Positions 16,797 through 24,732 are shown, numbered from the stretch's first letter. The stretch: 37,801 nt of DNA from a virus (IMGVR_UViG_3300048895_000147:1-37801), one strand, 5' to 3'. A program made the numbers and translations. Notes: generated by a model from the letters alone, not told the origin.

Positions 16797-17103
16797 TTGG
16801 AAACTCCGTCGATTTGTTACTTATGGGGAAATCGTGTTTTCCTAATGCAATTTTAGAGTCTTTTGTAGGTTTCAATTCAGGATATTCAACCGTTCCATCG
16901 GTTTTGTCTATTCTATGGTAAACGTCATGGTTTTTCCCATATTTTTCATCTACATGTTTGATCAGTCTCCTAGACTCCTCTAGTAGGCAGTGTATGCAAA
17001 ATTTATCCCCACGCAGCTTGATTCTATCGCATTTTTCGCAGAGTTCGTAATCGCAATCGCACTCTAACGTGTGATTTCCACACATTTCACACTCACTAGA
17101 CAT
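16789..17103 (-). CDS. Cys-rich hypothetical protein
   Basis: CEMCGNHTLECDC, CEKC, CIHC. Confidence 0.75.
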   Translation of the reverse strand: MSSECEMCGNHTLECDCDYELCEKCDRIKLRGDKFCIHCLLEESRRLIKHVDEKYGKNHDVYHRIDKTDGTVEYPELKPTKDSKIALGKHDFPISNKSTEFPNG

Positions 17104-17106
17104 TAC

Positions 17107-17382
17107 TCACCTCATAAAATTACATCTATAATCAAGCACTTGCTCAGCTCCGAATTGACAACCCATAGCTATGGCCATTGCCTCTAACTCTGTATCGGTA
17201 CACCAGGGAAGCAAGGTGCCGTTCCATTTTATAATGTAGTGAATGCCTGCAATTTTCTCATCTCTTTCTATTTCTGAATCCTCAAAATCCTCATCGGAGC
17301 ATCGATAAATTTCCATTAGACGACCATATGGCATAGAGAATTTGAAACCGACCTGCTTTTCGTACTTATACACGTTTTCCAT
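17107..17382 (-). CDS. Hypothetical protein
   Basis: 91-aa ORF in a tightly packed operon. Confidence 0.7.
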   Translation of the reverse strand: MENVYKYEKQVGFKFSMPYGRLMEIYRCSDEDFEDSEIERDEKIAGIHYIIKWNGTLLPWCTDTELEAMAIAMGCQFGAEQVLDYRCNFMR

Positions 17383-17593
17383 CCTCGCCCTGCCAATAAT
17401 CGTACTCCTTTTTAAATCGTTCTACGATTTTACCATCCATAGAAACGATATGTGCCCATTTATCGCAGCCAAATTTCTCGTTTTTGATAGCATCCACACA
17501 CTCATCTAGTGAGTCATAGAATCCAAAAAAATCATCCCAGCCACCATCCGCATAATAGCAATGACCTAAAAATACTAAATATCTATTAAACAT
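17366..17593 (-). CDS. Conserved phage hypothetical protein (YYxxGGWxDF type)
   Basis: RYLVFLGHCYYADGGWDDF motif, which I recall from phage accessory proteins. Confidence 0.7.
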   Translation of the reverse strand: MFNRYLVFLGHCYYADGGWDDFFGFYDSLDECVDAIKNEKFGCDKWAHIVSMDGKIVERFKKEYDYWQGEDGKRV

Positions 17594-17667
17594 GTTTCCT
17601 CTAAATTATCGTTGCATAATACACCAAAATTATCAGCATGATAATGTTAATCGCTAGCAATATGGGT

Positions 17668-18987
17668 TCACTGTATTTTTTCACACGAAAAAACCTCTCC
17701 GTTTCGTAAAATATTAGGTTTTTTCCCTTGTTTTTCCATGAAATTGATATATCGTTGCACGATTACATCGCAATAGACCGTTGATATCTCAATACCTATA
17801 CATTTACGGCCCAATCGTTCTGCTGCAATCAATGTCGTTCCTGATCCTAGGAATGGATCGTATACACAGTCGCCAGGGTCGGTCATGGATTGTATGTATT
17901 CTTCAGGAAATTGAACAGGGAATCGTGCAGGGTGGTCGATAGAATCTCTAGCTAACTGCGGAGGTGATCTGTAGACACTTCCCATTTCTCTATACTCACG
18001 AATTTTTATTTTTTGTTTTTTTAATATAGTTCCATCTTTTTGCCTAACTGCAATATGGTTATTTTTCTTCCCAGAATTTTTATTTTTTATAGTAGCTTTA
18101 ATTTTTTTTGTGTGAGAACCTAAAACAAAAATAAATTCATGGCAAATAGGGAACATAGCGGTTAATTTCCCAACACTTCCAGAAAAACCTTGATCCCATA
18201 CATTCCAGGATAATAATTTTATTCCACATGATTTTGCTGTGTCTATCCAATCATTCCAATATGTAATTATTTCCCCTTCTTTTCTTTTTATTCCTAAATT
18301 AATAACAAAATAATCAATAATATCACAACATAATTCCATACAAGTAGAAAGGTGTTTTGCTGATAGATCATTTTTTGATTTATATTCTCTAATGTCCGAA
18401 TAAGGAGGAGAGGTGAAACAAAGAGAAACTTCCTTGCCATCCAATACCCTACTAACGCAGACAGGATCAGTACTATCACCGCAGATAAGTAAATGCTCGC
18501 CGAGAATATAAAGATCTCCAGGTTTAGTGATCGCGTCCTCTTTTTTTGGTGGCTCTATCTGCTCTTCCGCATCATCTTCTCCTAAAACATCTGTTATATC
18601 CGGTTTGCATTCTCCTAGCAATTGTTCCTCTGTGAATCCATAGTTCAATAGATCGATAGGATCCCATTCGTTAGCGAGGATGTCGAAATCAAAACTCCCC
18701 TGATGCAAATTTAGGCCAATACAAAGCTCATCGACTTGCTCGTCTGATAACTGTTCCTCAGCTACCCAGCATTCTACGAATTTGACCTTTTTCTTTTTGA
18801 GAACTCGTATGCGTTGATGCCCACCGATTATTGTTAAATCTTTATTTACAATCGGCTTGTCTATCAGTCCGAATTTATCAATCAATGCTCCTAGCCTCTC
18901 AAACTGATCTTTTTTGATTTGCCTAGGGTTTTTAGGATGCTCTTTTAAAAGTTTAATTTGAATCTCTTCAAGCTTCCAGTTAATCAT
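17668..18987 (-). CDS. ParB-like N-terminal domain fused to a beta-class amino (likely m4C) DNA methyltransferase
   Basis: Start re-called to MINWKLEE. HPKNPRQ and IIGGHQR (ParB/Srx); FTSPPY catalytic motif before DPFLGSGTT SAM motif. Confidence 0.9.
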   Translation of the reverse strand: MINWKLEEIQIKLLKEHPKNPRQIKKDQFERLGALIDKFGLIDKPIVNKDLTIIGGHQRIRVLKKKKVKFVECWVAEEQLSDEQVDELCIGLNLHQGSFDFDILANEWDPIDLLNYGFTEEQLLGECKPDITDVLGEDDAEEQIEPPKKEDAITKPGDLYILGEHLLICGDSTDPVCVSRVLDGKEVSLCFTSPPYSDIREYKSKNDLSAKHLSTCMELCCDIIDYFVINLGIKRKEGEIITYWNDWIDTAKSCGIKLLSWNVWDQGFSGSVGKLTAMFPICHEFIFVLGSHTKKIKATIKNKNSGKKNNHIAVRQKDGTILKKQKIKIREYREMGSVYRSPPQLARDSIDHPARFPVQFPEEYIQSMTDPGDCVYDPFLGSGTTLIAAERLGRKCIGIEISTVYCDVIVQRYINFMEKQGKKPNILRNGEVFSCEKIQ

Positions 18988-19192
18988 TTTTTTTCCTTTT
19001 TCCCATCCATTTTTCAAGACATGCAAAACCACAAAAAAGACAATGTTTTTCTAGCAAGGGAGAGCTAAAATAATCTAGGACGATATCAGATTCTGGACCA
19101 TAATATCGATCGGTTAATCGCAAACAGTGGTCATATCCACCCCGTGAATATGTTAGATCTGCATTACAAGTGTCACATAACATTTTAATCAT
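18980..19192 (-). CDS. Small zinc-binding protein
   Basis: CDTC...FCGFAC. Confidence 0.7.
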   Translation of the reverse strand: MIKMLCDTCNADLTYSRGGYDHCLRLTDRYYGPESDIVLDYFSSPLLEKHCLFCGFACLEKWMGKRKKND

Positions 19193-19395
19193 TACTCACC
19201 TCGCAACGTACATAACCGAATTCTAAAAATATTTAACTCATAATCTAACCGTTCTTTTGCCCTTTCATAACATCCATAAAAAATATGAATATCGTCAGTT
19301 TCGGCTTCATGATAAAGCTTTTCAAAATCCTCAAAATATGATTTTAAAATTTTCATTTTAAACAAAATGCTTTGAACTTCATCGTTTACATCCAT
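19192..19395 (-). CDS. Hypothetical protein
   Basis: 67 aa, TAATG-coupled. Confidence 0.65.
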   Translation of the reverse strand: MDVNDEVQSILFKMKILKSYFEDFEKLYHEAETDDIHIFYGCYERAKERLDYELNIFRIRLCTLRGE

Positions 19396-19467
19396 ACAAC
19401 CTTAATAAAATAATTTGTTTATTTGTGTTAAATCAGGTTTAATGTATACTTTTTGCCGGAGGCAAAC

Positions 19468-19749
19468 ATGAGCGATGCTATTCAATTAGAATTAAACCTG
19501 CAAGACAAAAGTTTTGAAGAAATGACACTAATCTCTATGCAGAAACAGTTAGATGCACTGTCGGAAAGTATGGGCAAAGTTCGACGGAAATTGTTTGGTG
19601 AGATGGGCGAGATGAAAAAATTGTATGCTGCTCTTTTCGCTGAAAACGAGACTTTAAAATCAAAACTTAACGAATTAACTCAAGAGAAGACGGAATGGGT
19701 TTACCATAATGGTGAATCATTATTTGAGGTTTGTGAGAAAAATGGATGA
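19468..19749 (+). CDS. Coiled-coil protein, opposite to its neighbours
   Basis: Start re-called to MSDAIQLEL (GGAGG RBS); TATACT -10-like box upstream. Confidence 0.75.
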   Translation: MSDAIQLELNLQDKSFEEMTLISMQKQLDALSESMGKVRRKLFGEMGEMKKLYAALFAENETLKSKLNELTQEKTEWVYHNGESLFEVCEKNG

Positions 19750-19764
19750 TCTGAGCCGGTTACA

Positions 19765-20217
19765 TTATGACACCGACTGATTTAGTTGTCTGGGATTTCC
19801 CGTCAACTGTTCGGTATTTCCGAATGGTTCAATCTCGATTCTAATTCCATATGTTTTTCGTCTTTCCTGTGCATATTTCCAATATAATCGAGAATCGTCA
19901 TCAGCGCGGCCTTTTAGTGTTCTAATCTTACCTTTATCAGTAACATATGTTTTTCTTTTCTCTGGTAATATGCACTCGGAAACTTCATCACGGATCCATT
20001 TCATAGATGAGACCATGTTATCACTATCAAGAACACCAGAACTGAGCCGTGTTAGAGTTATTTTGCATGGCAGTGGTATTTCCTTCTTTAACCCATGAAA
20101 TAGAGCCCTGACGAAAAACTGCTGCTGTCTATGCCGTTTGCTAGAAACAGACCAATGCTCAGAGCTATTAGCCTCGCTTACTGTTTTGAGAGGAATCTCC
20201 CAGACAATTTTTTCCAT
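19765..20217 (-). CDS. RusA-like Holliday junction resolvase
   Basis: LDSDNMVSSMKWIRDEV...ADDD acidic/lysine motif; replication-module context. Confidence 0.7.
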   Translation of the reverse strand: MEKIVWEIPLKTVSEANSSEHWSVSSKRHRQQQFFVRALFHGLKKEIPLPCKITLTRLSSGVLDSDNMVSSMKWIRDEVSECILPEKRKTYVTDKGKIRTLKGRADDDSRLYWKYAQERRKTYGIRIEIEPFGNTEQLTGNPRQLNQSVS

Positions 20218-20497
20218 TCAAATACCTGTGTTGGTAATTTTCGTTATAGAGTTCTATCGCATAGCGCATACATTCCGTTTTACATTCAAATACCGGCGAT
20301 ATTTTTTTCTCAATGGAATCAGTGAACGCATTGTGATGGGTGAAAACACCGAATAGATTGAAAACATCGTCACCATCCTCTAACACATACTTTCTCACGA
20401 AAAACTGCGTGTTTCCTATAGTGAATTCCTCTATCACAAGCCACGAGATAAAATCCTCACTGCGCTCAATTTCGGCCGTGTCTTTATACGTTTTCAT
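20168..20497 (-). CDS. Hypothetical protein; tandem paralog of 20484..20768
   Basis: Start re-called to MKTYKD (AAGGA RBS); SPVFECKTECMRYAIELYNE. Confidence 0.7.
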   Translation of the reverse strand: MKTYKDTAEIERSEDFISWLVIEEFTIGNTQFFVRKYVLEDGDDVFNLFGVFTHHNAFTDSIEKKISPVFECKTECMRYAIELYNENYQHRYLNGKNCLGDSSQNSKRG

Positions 20498-20768
20498 TTT
20501 TGATCCTTTCATTGTAGGTGTCGATAGCATATCGCATAGCGTCAGTATACCGGTTAAATACAGGTGATTCGGAATGTGCTGCATGGAAACAGGCAAATGC
20601 AACATAGCTATCATCCTCGTCTACAATCAGGTAGTGATGCATGAGAAAATCTATTTTTCCAATAGTCAAAATTTCCATAAACGACGGTGCAGGAACGTAA
20701 TGAGGACTTCTTTTAAGCTCGCCTATCGTTTCAAACTTTTTTCGTGTCATTCCAGCCTCATTAAGCAA
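20484..20768 (-). CDS. Hypothetical protein; tandem paralog of 20168..20497
   Basis: SPVFNRYTDAMRYAIDTYNE. Confidence 0.7.
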   Translation of the reverse strand: MLNEAGMTRKKFETIGELKRSPHYVPAPSFMEILTIGKIDFLMHHYLIVDEDDSYVAFACFHAAHSESPVFNRYTDAMRYAIDTYNERIKNENV

Positions 20769-21729
20769 TTTGAGTAATGTCTATCTGAAACTTTTCAAGC
20801 AATTCATTTAGTCGGGTAGTGCTAAAATATCTATCGAATTTTACACCATCATTGAGGTTTCCTCGATTAAATCCTATACCGTGAGAATTTAAAAAGCATT
20901 CAGCTTTGTTGTAAAAATTACCATTTGTGAAAATTTGCTTCAGATTCTCATATACTGATTCTCTCTTCTTATTGAATTCCTCACCAGAAAGGCTGTTCTT
21001 GCAAGCATATTTGATTGAGGCGGCTAAACATTTAGTGGGGGGGTTTTTTGCGTGGGTTGCCCATGCTATTGCTTTTTTAACTATTTCCTCTGAATAACGC
21101 CTAGTGATCTCGATTTTATCATTCATTGGAATATCAATCGAGTTAAGGCATTCCCAGATTTTCGGTTCAGGTTTTTTCATTTTTCTTTTTTCAGAAAAAA
21201 CAGCAGCAATCGGCGAAGCCGCGTGTTGTTGATTATTATATATTTCTTTTTCTTCTTTGTGTTCTTGTTTGTGTAAACCTGGTTTACACCCCCTGTTAAC
21301 GGAGTTTACACCCCCCTGTAAATCTGGTTTACACCCCCCATTAAAATTTGAATTTGCTTTCTTGGGATATTTCTTTACCATTTCTTCCATATTTTCTGCC
21401 CAAATATCAGTGATTTGAACCAAGTCGGGCATGCATCCGCCTGATTCATGCCGTCTTTTCATTATTCTTATAAGACCTAATTCGGCCAATTGTTCTTTCA
21501 GTTTCATTACAGTGGGAAGGGAACACCCAATTTCATCGGAAAGGGTTTTATTTGACTTAAAGCAGGACCCTTTGTCTCCTGCTGTCATTTTGAGAACGCA
21601 ATATGCTTTAAATAACATGGGCTCTAATTTCATGAGAAATAATATGTTCGGAATTTCTGTACGATAGTGATGCAAAGATCCGAGATCGTGAATTTCATTT
21701 TCTTGTGTGTAAGGTATTTGAGAAGACAT
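20761..21729 (-). CDS. Replication initiator (lambda O-like, N-terminal winged HTH)
   Basis: CFKSNKTLSDEIGCSLPTVMKLKEQLAELGLI HTH; internal iteron repeats; downstream of the cro-like gene. Confidence 0.8.
   Translation of the reverse strand: MSSQIPYTQENEIHDLGSLHHYRTEIPNILFLMKLEPMLFKAYCVLKMTAGDKGSCFKSNKTLSDEIGCSLPTVMKLKEQLAELGLIRIMKRRHESGGCMPDLVQITDIWAENMEEMVKKYPKKANSNFNGGCKPDLQGGVNSVNRGCKPGLHKQEHKEEKEIYNNQQHAASPIAAVFSEKRKMKKPEPKIWECLNSIDIPMNDKIEITRRYSEEIVKKAIAWATHAKNPPTKCLAASIKYACKNSLSGEEFNKKRESVYENLKQIFTNGNFYNKAECFLNSHGIGFNRGNLNDGVKFDRYFSTTRLNELLEKFQIDITQIA
21272..21339. repeat. Three 22-23 bp iterons (probable replication origin)
   Basis: TGTAAACCTGGTTTACACCCCC / TGTTAACGGAGTTTACACCCCCC / TGTAAATCTGGTTTACACCCCCC, next to an AT-rich tract. 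Confidence 0.85.
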
Positions 21730-22081
21730 AAAATATTTCCTTGTTACAAAAGTTTAATTTAATAACAAAGGCAAGAAAAAGTGCTTTGAGATATTTAATC
21801 AGAATGATAAGATGACGGGCGTTGAAACCAATGTTCTAGTGAGAATTGCACCTCTCACTCTGATTAAGTCTTTCATGGCTTTACTTTTTGCTACCTTGTT
21901 GGGCGTTATGTGTGAAAGCATAGCGCCCTAACATTTTAGGGGCTATGTGTTTGAAAACATGGTCGTAATTATCGCCTATCTTTCATTAAAATCAAGCGAC
22001 ATCTGAAAAATCGTTGAATTCTCTATGAATTTCCGTGTAAAAGTTGTACATAGAAATACATGGTTATACAGGAGGTTTCAC

Positions 22082-22234
22082 ATGAATCTGCATGAAAATG
22101 AGGGACCACGCGTCCTCTATCCGTATCCAAAATCATGTTACGCACCTCATCAAAAACCGCCGAAAACGCCGCTAGTTGTCGTTGTGATTATTTTCGCGCT
22201 TGTTTTCTTGGCTCTTTTTTGCCTTTGTCTGTAA
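22082..22234 (+). CDS. Small protein with C-terminal transmembrane helix (50 aa)
   Basis: AGGAGG RBS before ATG 22082; LVVVVIIFALVFLALFCLCL; overlaps the cro 3' end convergently. Confidence 0.55.
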   Translation: MNLHENEGPRVLYPYPKSCYAPHQKPPKTPLVVVVIIFALVFLALFCLCL

Positions 22235-22408
22235 TTTTATAACTCCATCAGTTGCGTTCAAAATTTCTTTAGCCAGTCTTCTACCAGGTAGCATTTTTCC
22301 AGATGATATCTGAGACATATACGACCTGTTGCAATCAATTTTATTGCAAAACTCTGTCATTGTCATTCCAACGTTAGCCAAATAAGCTTTTAAATTAATA
22401 TTATGCAT
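22172..22408 (-). CDS. Cro-like XRE HTH transcriptional regulator
   Basis: Start re-called to MHNINLKAYL (GAGG RBS); MTMTEFCNKIDCNRSYMSQISSG...PGRRLA...ATDG. Confidence 0.85.
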   Translation of the reverse strand: MHNINLKAYLANVGMTMTEFCNKIDCNRSYMSQISSGKMLPGRRLAKEILNATDGVIKLQTKAKKSQENKRENNHNDN

Positions 22409-22437
22409 TTTCAAACCTCTTTTCATTTTTCTCACAC

Positions 22438-22466
22438 ATTGTAGTTAAAATGCGAATATTTTGCAA
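22438..22466 (-). promoter_or_regulatory. Leftward promoter for the cro/replication operon
   Basis: Minus strand TTGCAA-17 nt-TACAAT. Confidence 0.65.
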
Positions 22467-22501
22467 TCCACAAAAAAAAGCAACGTGTGTTACTTTTTCT
22501 G

Positions 22502-22530
22502 TTGTGTGATATTCGAACATGTGTTATATT
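22502..22530 (+). promoter_or_regulatory. Rightward early promoter
   Basis: TTGTGT-17 nt-TATATT with an extended -10 TG; divergent from the cro promoter. Confidence 0.5.
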
Positions 22531-22647
22531 TACGATCATGAAAGCAAAGTTGCTAAGTCTCGCCAGGTGACCTGTTAAATCAGGCTGGTTAGTAGCAGGT
22601 GACGGAGCGATAAACAACAAGACAAACACAAAACAATAGGTGACAAA

Positions 22648-22860
22648 ATGGAAAATTTGAAATTAGAAGTTAACACCGCTAGAGGATGGAAACCATCATA
22701 TGGTAGAGATGAATACTATATCGAGCAATGCATGGAATTTACGGGACTGGCTAGAGAAATTGTTGTAGAAACTTTGAATTCAGGTAAAGAAATTGCGTTT
22801 AGATTTGGGTTAGAACATTACCCAGAGTGGATCCCAATGATTAGAAAAGAGGTGGTTTAA
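22648..22860 (+). CDS. Early hypothetical protein
   Basis: 70 aa, AGGTG RBS. Confidence 0.7.
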   Translation: MENLKLEVNTARGWKPSYGRDEYYIEQCMEFTGLAREIVVETLNSGKEIAFRFGLEHYPEWIPMIRKEVV

Positions 22861-23015
22861 TGTTAAACATCTACATAAGACCTGATTACACAATAGCCGA
22901 AATGTATCGTGTTATGGTGTATTCGGAGTTTCAAGGCTATTGGTCTACCAGTGAACTACTCAACAAGGAACAAGCACAGGAAAAAGTTAGATTTTACAGA
23001 GGATTGATAAAATGA
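22860..23015 (+). CDS. Early hypothetical protein (51 aa, MLNIYIRPDYTIAEMYRV...)
   Basis: Hand translated; TAATG coupling; GAGGTGG RBS. Confidence 0.65.
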   Translation: MLNIYIRPDYTIAEMYRVMVYSEFQGYWSTSELLNKEQAQEKVRFYRGLIK

Positions 23016-23167
23016 AAACAGAATGCTAGGAGTGTAAAAAACCAACAAAAAATGTTTATGGTGTTTTGAATGTTATAAATGGAAATCATCACTGGGTGTC
23101 TATTTGTAAAGAATGTCACCATAAAAGAAACATAATAAAATATAAAAATTTAGAGGTAGTAAAATGA
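23012..23167 (+). pseudogene. Zinc-ribbon gene with in-frame TAG at codon 6 (MKTEC*ECKKP...ICKECHHK...)
   Basis: ATGA overlaps at both ends, GAGGA RBS, TAG at 23027-23029 inside the first CxxC. Confidence 0.65.
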
Positions 23168-23376
23168 ATGAGGAAAATGCAGAACTTTTTATAGAGGTGC
23201 TTAGACGAGTTCAAAGAACTTTACGCAGGAACCATAAAGAAAACGATAGGCTTCTAAATTTAGAGGGGTGCTCACAAATTGATCGAGCACATTACATAGG
23301 TTTAAAAAAGGGTTTGCAATTAGGAATGAACTCAATTCAATTCGAAATAGACGGCATACTGGAGGAAGACAAATGA
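23164..23376 (+). CDS. Early hypothetical protein
   Basis: 70 aa, GAGGT RBS. Confidence 0.7.
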   Translation: MNEENAELFIEVLRRVQRTLRRNHKENDRLLNLEGCSQIDRAHYIGLKKGLQLGMNSIQFEIDGILEEDK

Positions 23377-23489
23377 ATATTATAGACGATGAAGATTACG
23401 AGTACGAAGAACAAGAAGTCGTACACCAAGAACCAAGCTGCCCCCGTTGCGTCGGGGGCTGTGGTTATTGCTTAATGTTAGAGAGATAA
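23373..23489 (+). CDS. Acidic Cys-rich microprotein (38 aa, MNIIDDEDYEYEEQEVVHQEPSCPRCVGGCGYCLMLER)
   Basis: Hand translated; GGAGG RBS; ATGA coupling. Confidence 0.65.
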   Translation: MNIIDDEDYEYEEQEVVHQEPSCPRCVGGCGYCLMLER

Positions 23490-23496
23490 ATAAATA

Positions 23497-23524
23497 TCAC
23501 CCTGAGTCGTAAAATTCAGGGTGA
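23497..23524 (+). terminator. Stem-loop between early genes and bet
   Basis: TCACCCTGA-10 nt-TCAGGGTGA perfect 9-bp stem; no T tail on the + strand. Confidence 0.4.
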
Positions 23525-23557
23525 CAGTAAAATAAACATTTTACAAAATGAGGAAAT

Positions 23558-24556
23558 ATGTCAGCGTACAATCAAGTTTGTCAACCAAGGCAACCAGATG
23601 GCAGCACCAGCAATATCAACCGTAGTAATAGCCGCAGTAGCAGCGCCAACAATTCTACTGCTGCCGCTGGTTTATATCAACCTATTTCTAATGCAGGAGT
23701 AACGAAAATGAATAAAATAGCACACATAAATCATTCTCAGGATGTATCACAAGGACATTTTAACTCAAAGCAGCTGGACATATTAAAAAACTCCATTTGC
23801 AAGGGAGTTAGCAATGAGGAATTTGAGGTTTTTTTAATGGCCTGTGTCAAAACTCAACTCGACCCATTCATGAGACAGATATACGCAGTTAAGAGAAAGG
23901 CTAAAAAGCCGGATGGTACATGGGGTGAGACTATGACCATCCAAACAGGGATTGATGGTTACAGGCTCATAGCTGAACGTACAGAGCGTTACGCACCAGG
24001 ACCCGAACCAACATACTGCTATGATAGTAACGGAGGTTTACAGTCAGCTACGGCGTTTATCAAAAAACAGACAAAGGATGGTACTTGGCACTCAGTTAGT
24101 GCGAGTGCTTATATTGATGAATATTGCCAAACTTTCACAGACAGGGCCACAGGAGAGAAGAAAGCAACCGGCATGTGGGGTAACATGCCTAGGACTATGT
24201 TAGCTAAATGCGCAGAAGCACAAGCTCTAAGGAAGGCGTTTCCAGCAGAGATGTCTGGTGTCTACACAAAAGAAGAAATGGCGCAGGCTGATCCAATAGA
24301 TGTAACACCTAAAATAACATTAGAGCAGGCGTCAGATTTAGAAATGATTCTAGACGAGTGCGATCCGGCATACAAAAAATGGGTGTTTGAGCATCTAAAA
24401 AAATCCTACAACACTGAAAATCTATGCGACCTACCAGCTGAGATATTTACACGTATGAAAACTGCTGCCGTTAAAAATATGGAGCAACAACATGCAAAAC
24501 AAAAAGCCGAATATGAAGCACAGGCACCCGAAGTTTTAGCAGTAGAGGCTCAGTAA
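23558..24556 (+). CDS. bet: Single-strand annealing recombinase, Bet/RecT family (alternative start 23708)
   Basis: LDPFMRQIYAVKR, QTGIDGYRLIAERT, MPRTMLAKCAEAQALRKAFP...GVYTKEEM. Confidence 0.93.
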   Translation: MSAYNQVCQPRQPDGSTSNINRSNSRSSSANNSTAAAGLYQPISNAGVTKMNKIAHINHSQDVSQGHFNSKQLDILKNSICKGVSNEEFEVFLMACVKTQLDPFMRQIYAVKRKAKKPDGTWGETMTIQTGIDGYRLIAERTERYAPGPEPTYCYDSNGGLQSATAFIKKQTKDGTWHSVSASAYIDEYCQTFTDRATGEKKATGMWGNMPRTMLAKCAEAQALRKAFPAEMSGVYTKEEMAQADPIDVTPKITLEQASDLEMILDECDPAYKKWVFEHLKKSYNTENLCDLPAEIFTRMKTAAVKNMEQQHAKQKAEYEAQAPEVLAVEAQ

Positions 24557-24732
24557 TGACAGCTCAAGATTTGATTAGAAAAGCTAAACAAGACGCCTCA
24601 GAATGGTGTGAAATGACTAATAACCCTGATGCGATAGTTTCAGGGATTTTAGCAAACAAAATAATCAGACTACAGGACCACATAGAATACTTAGAGAGGA
24701 GGTTGCAACATGGCAGTTACTGCAAGAAATGA
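24556..24732 (+). CDS. Hypothetical protein (58 aa, MTAQDLIRKAKQDASEW...)
   Basis: Hand translated; TAATG-coupled to bet. Confidence 0.7.
   Translation: MTAQDLIRKAKQDASEWCEMTNNPDAIVSGILANKIIRLQDHIEYLERRLQHGSYCKK

Noticed and set aside
21272-21339. Mini CRISPR array
   Set aside because: Repeats are contiguous with no spacers, lie within a coding frame, and no cas genes are present; they fit iterons.
19426-22584. Shared 12-mer TGTTAAATCAGG near two plus-strand promoters
   Set aside because: Many 12-mer matches are expected by chance in an AT-rich 37-kb genome, and positions relative to the promoters differ.
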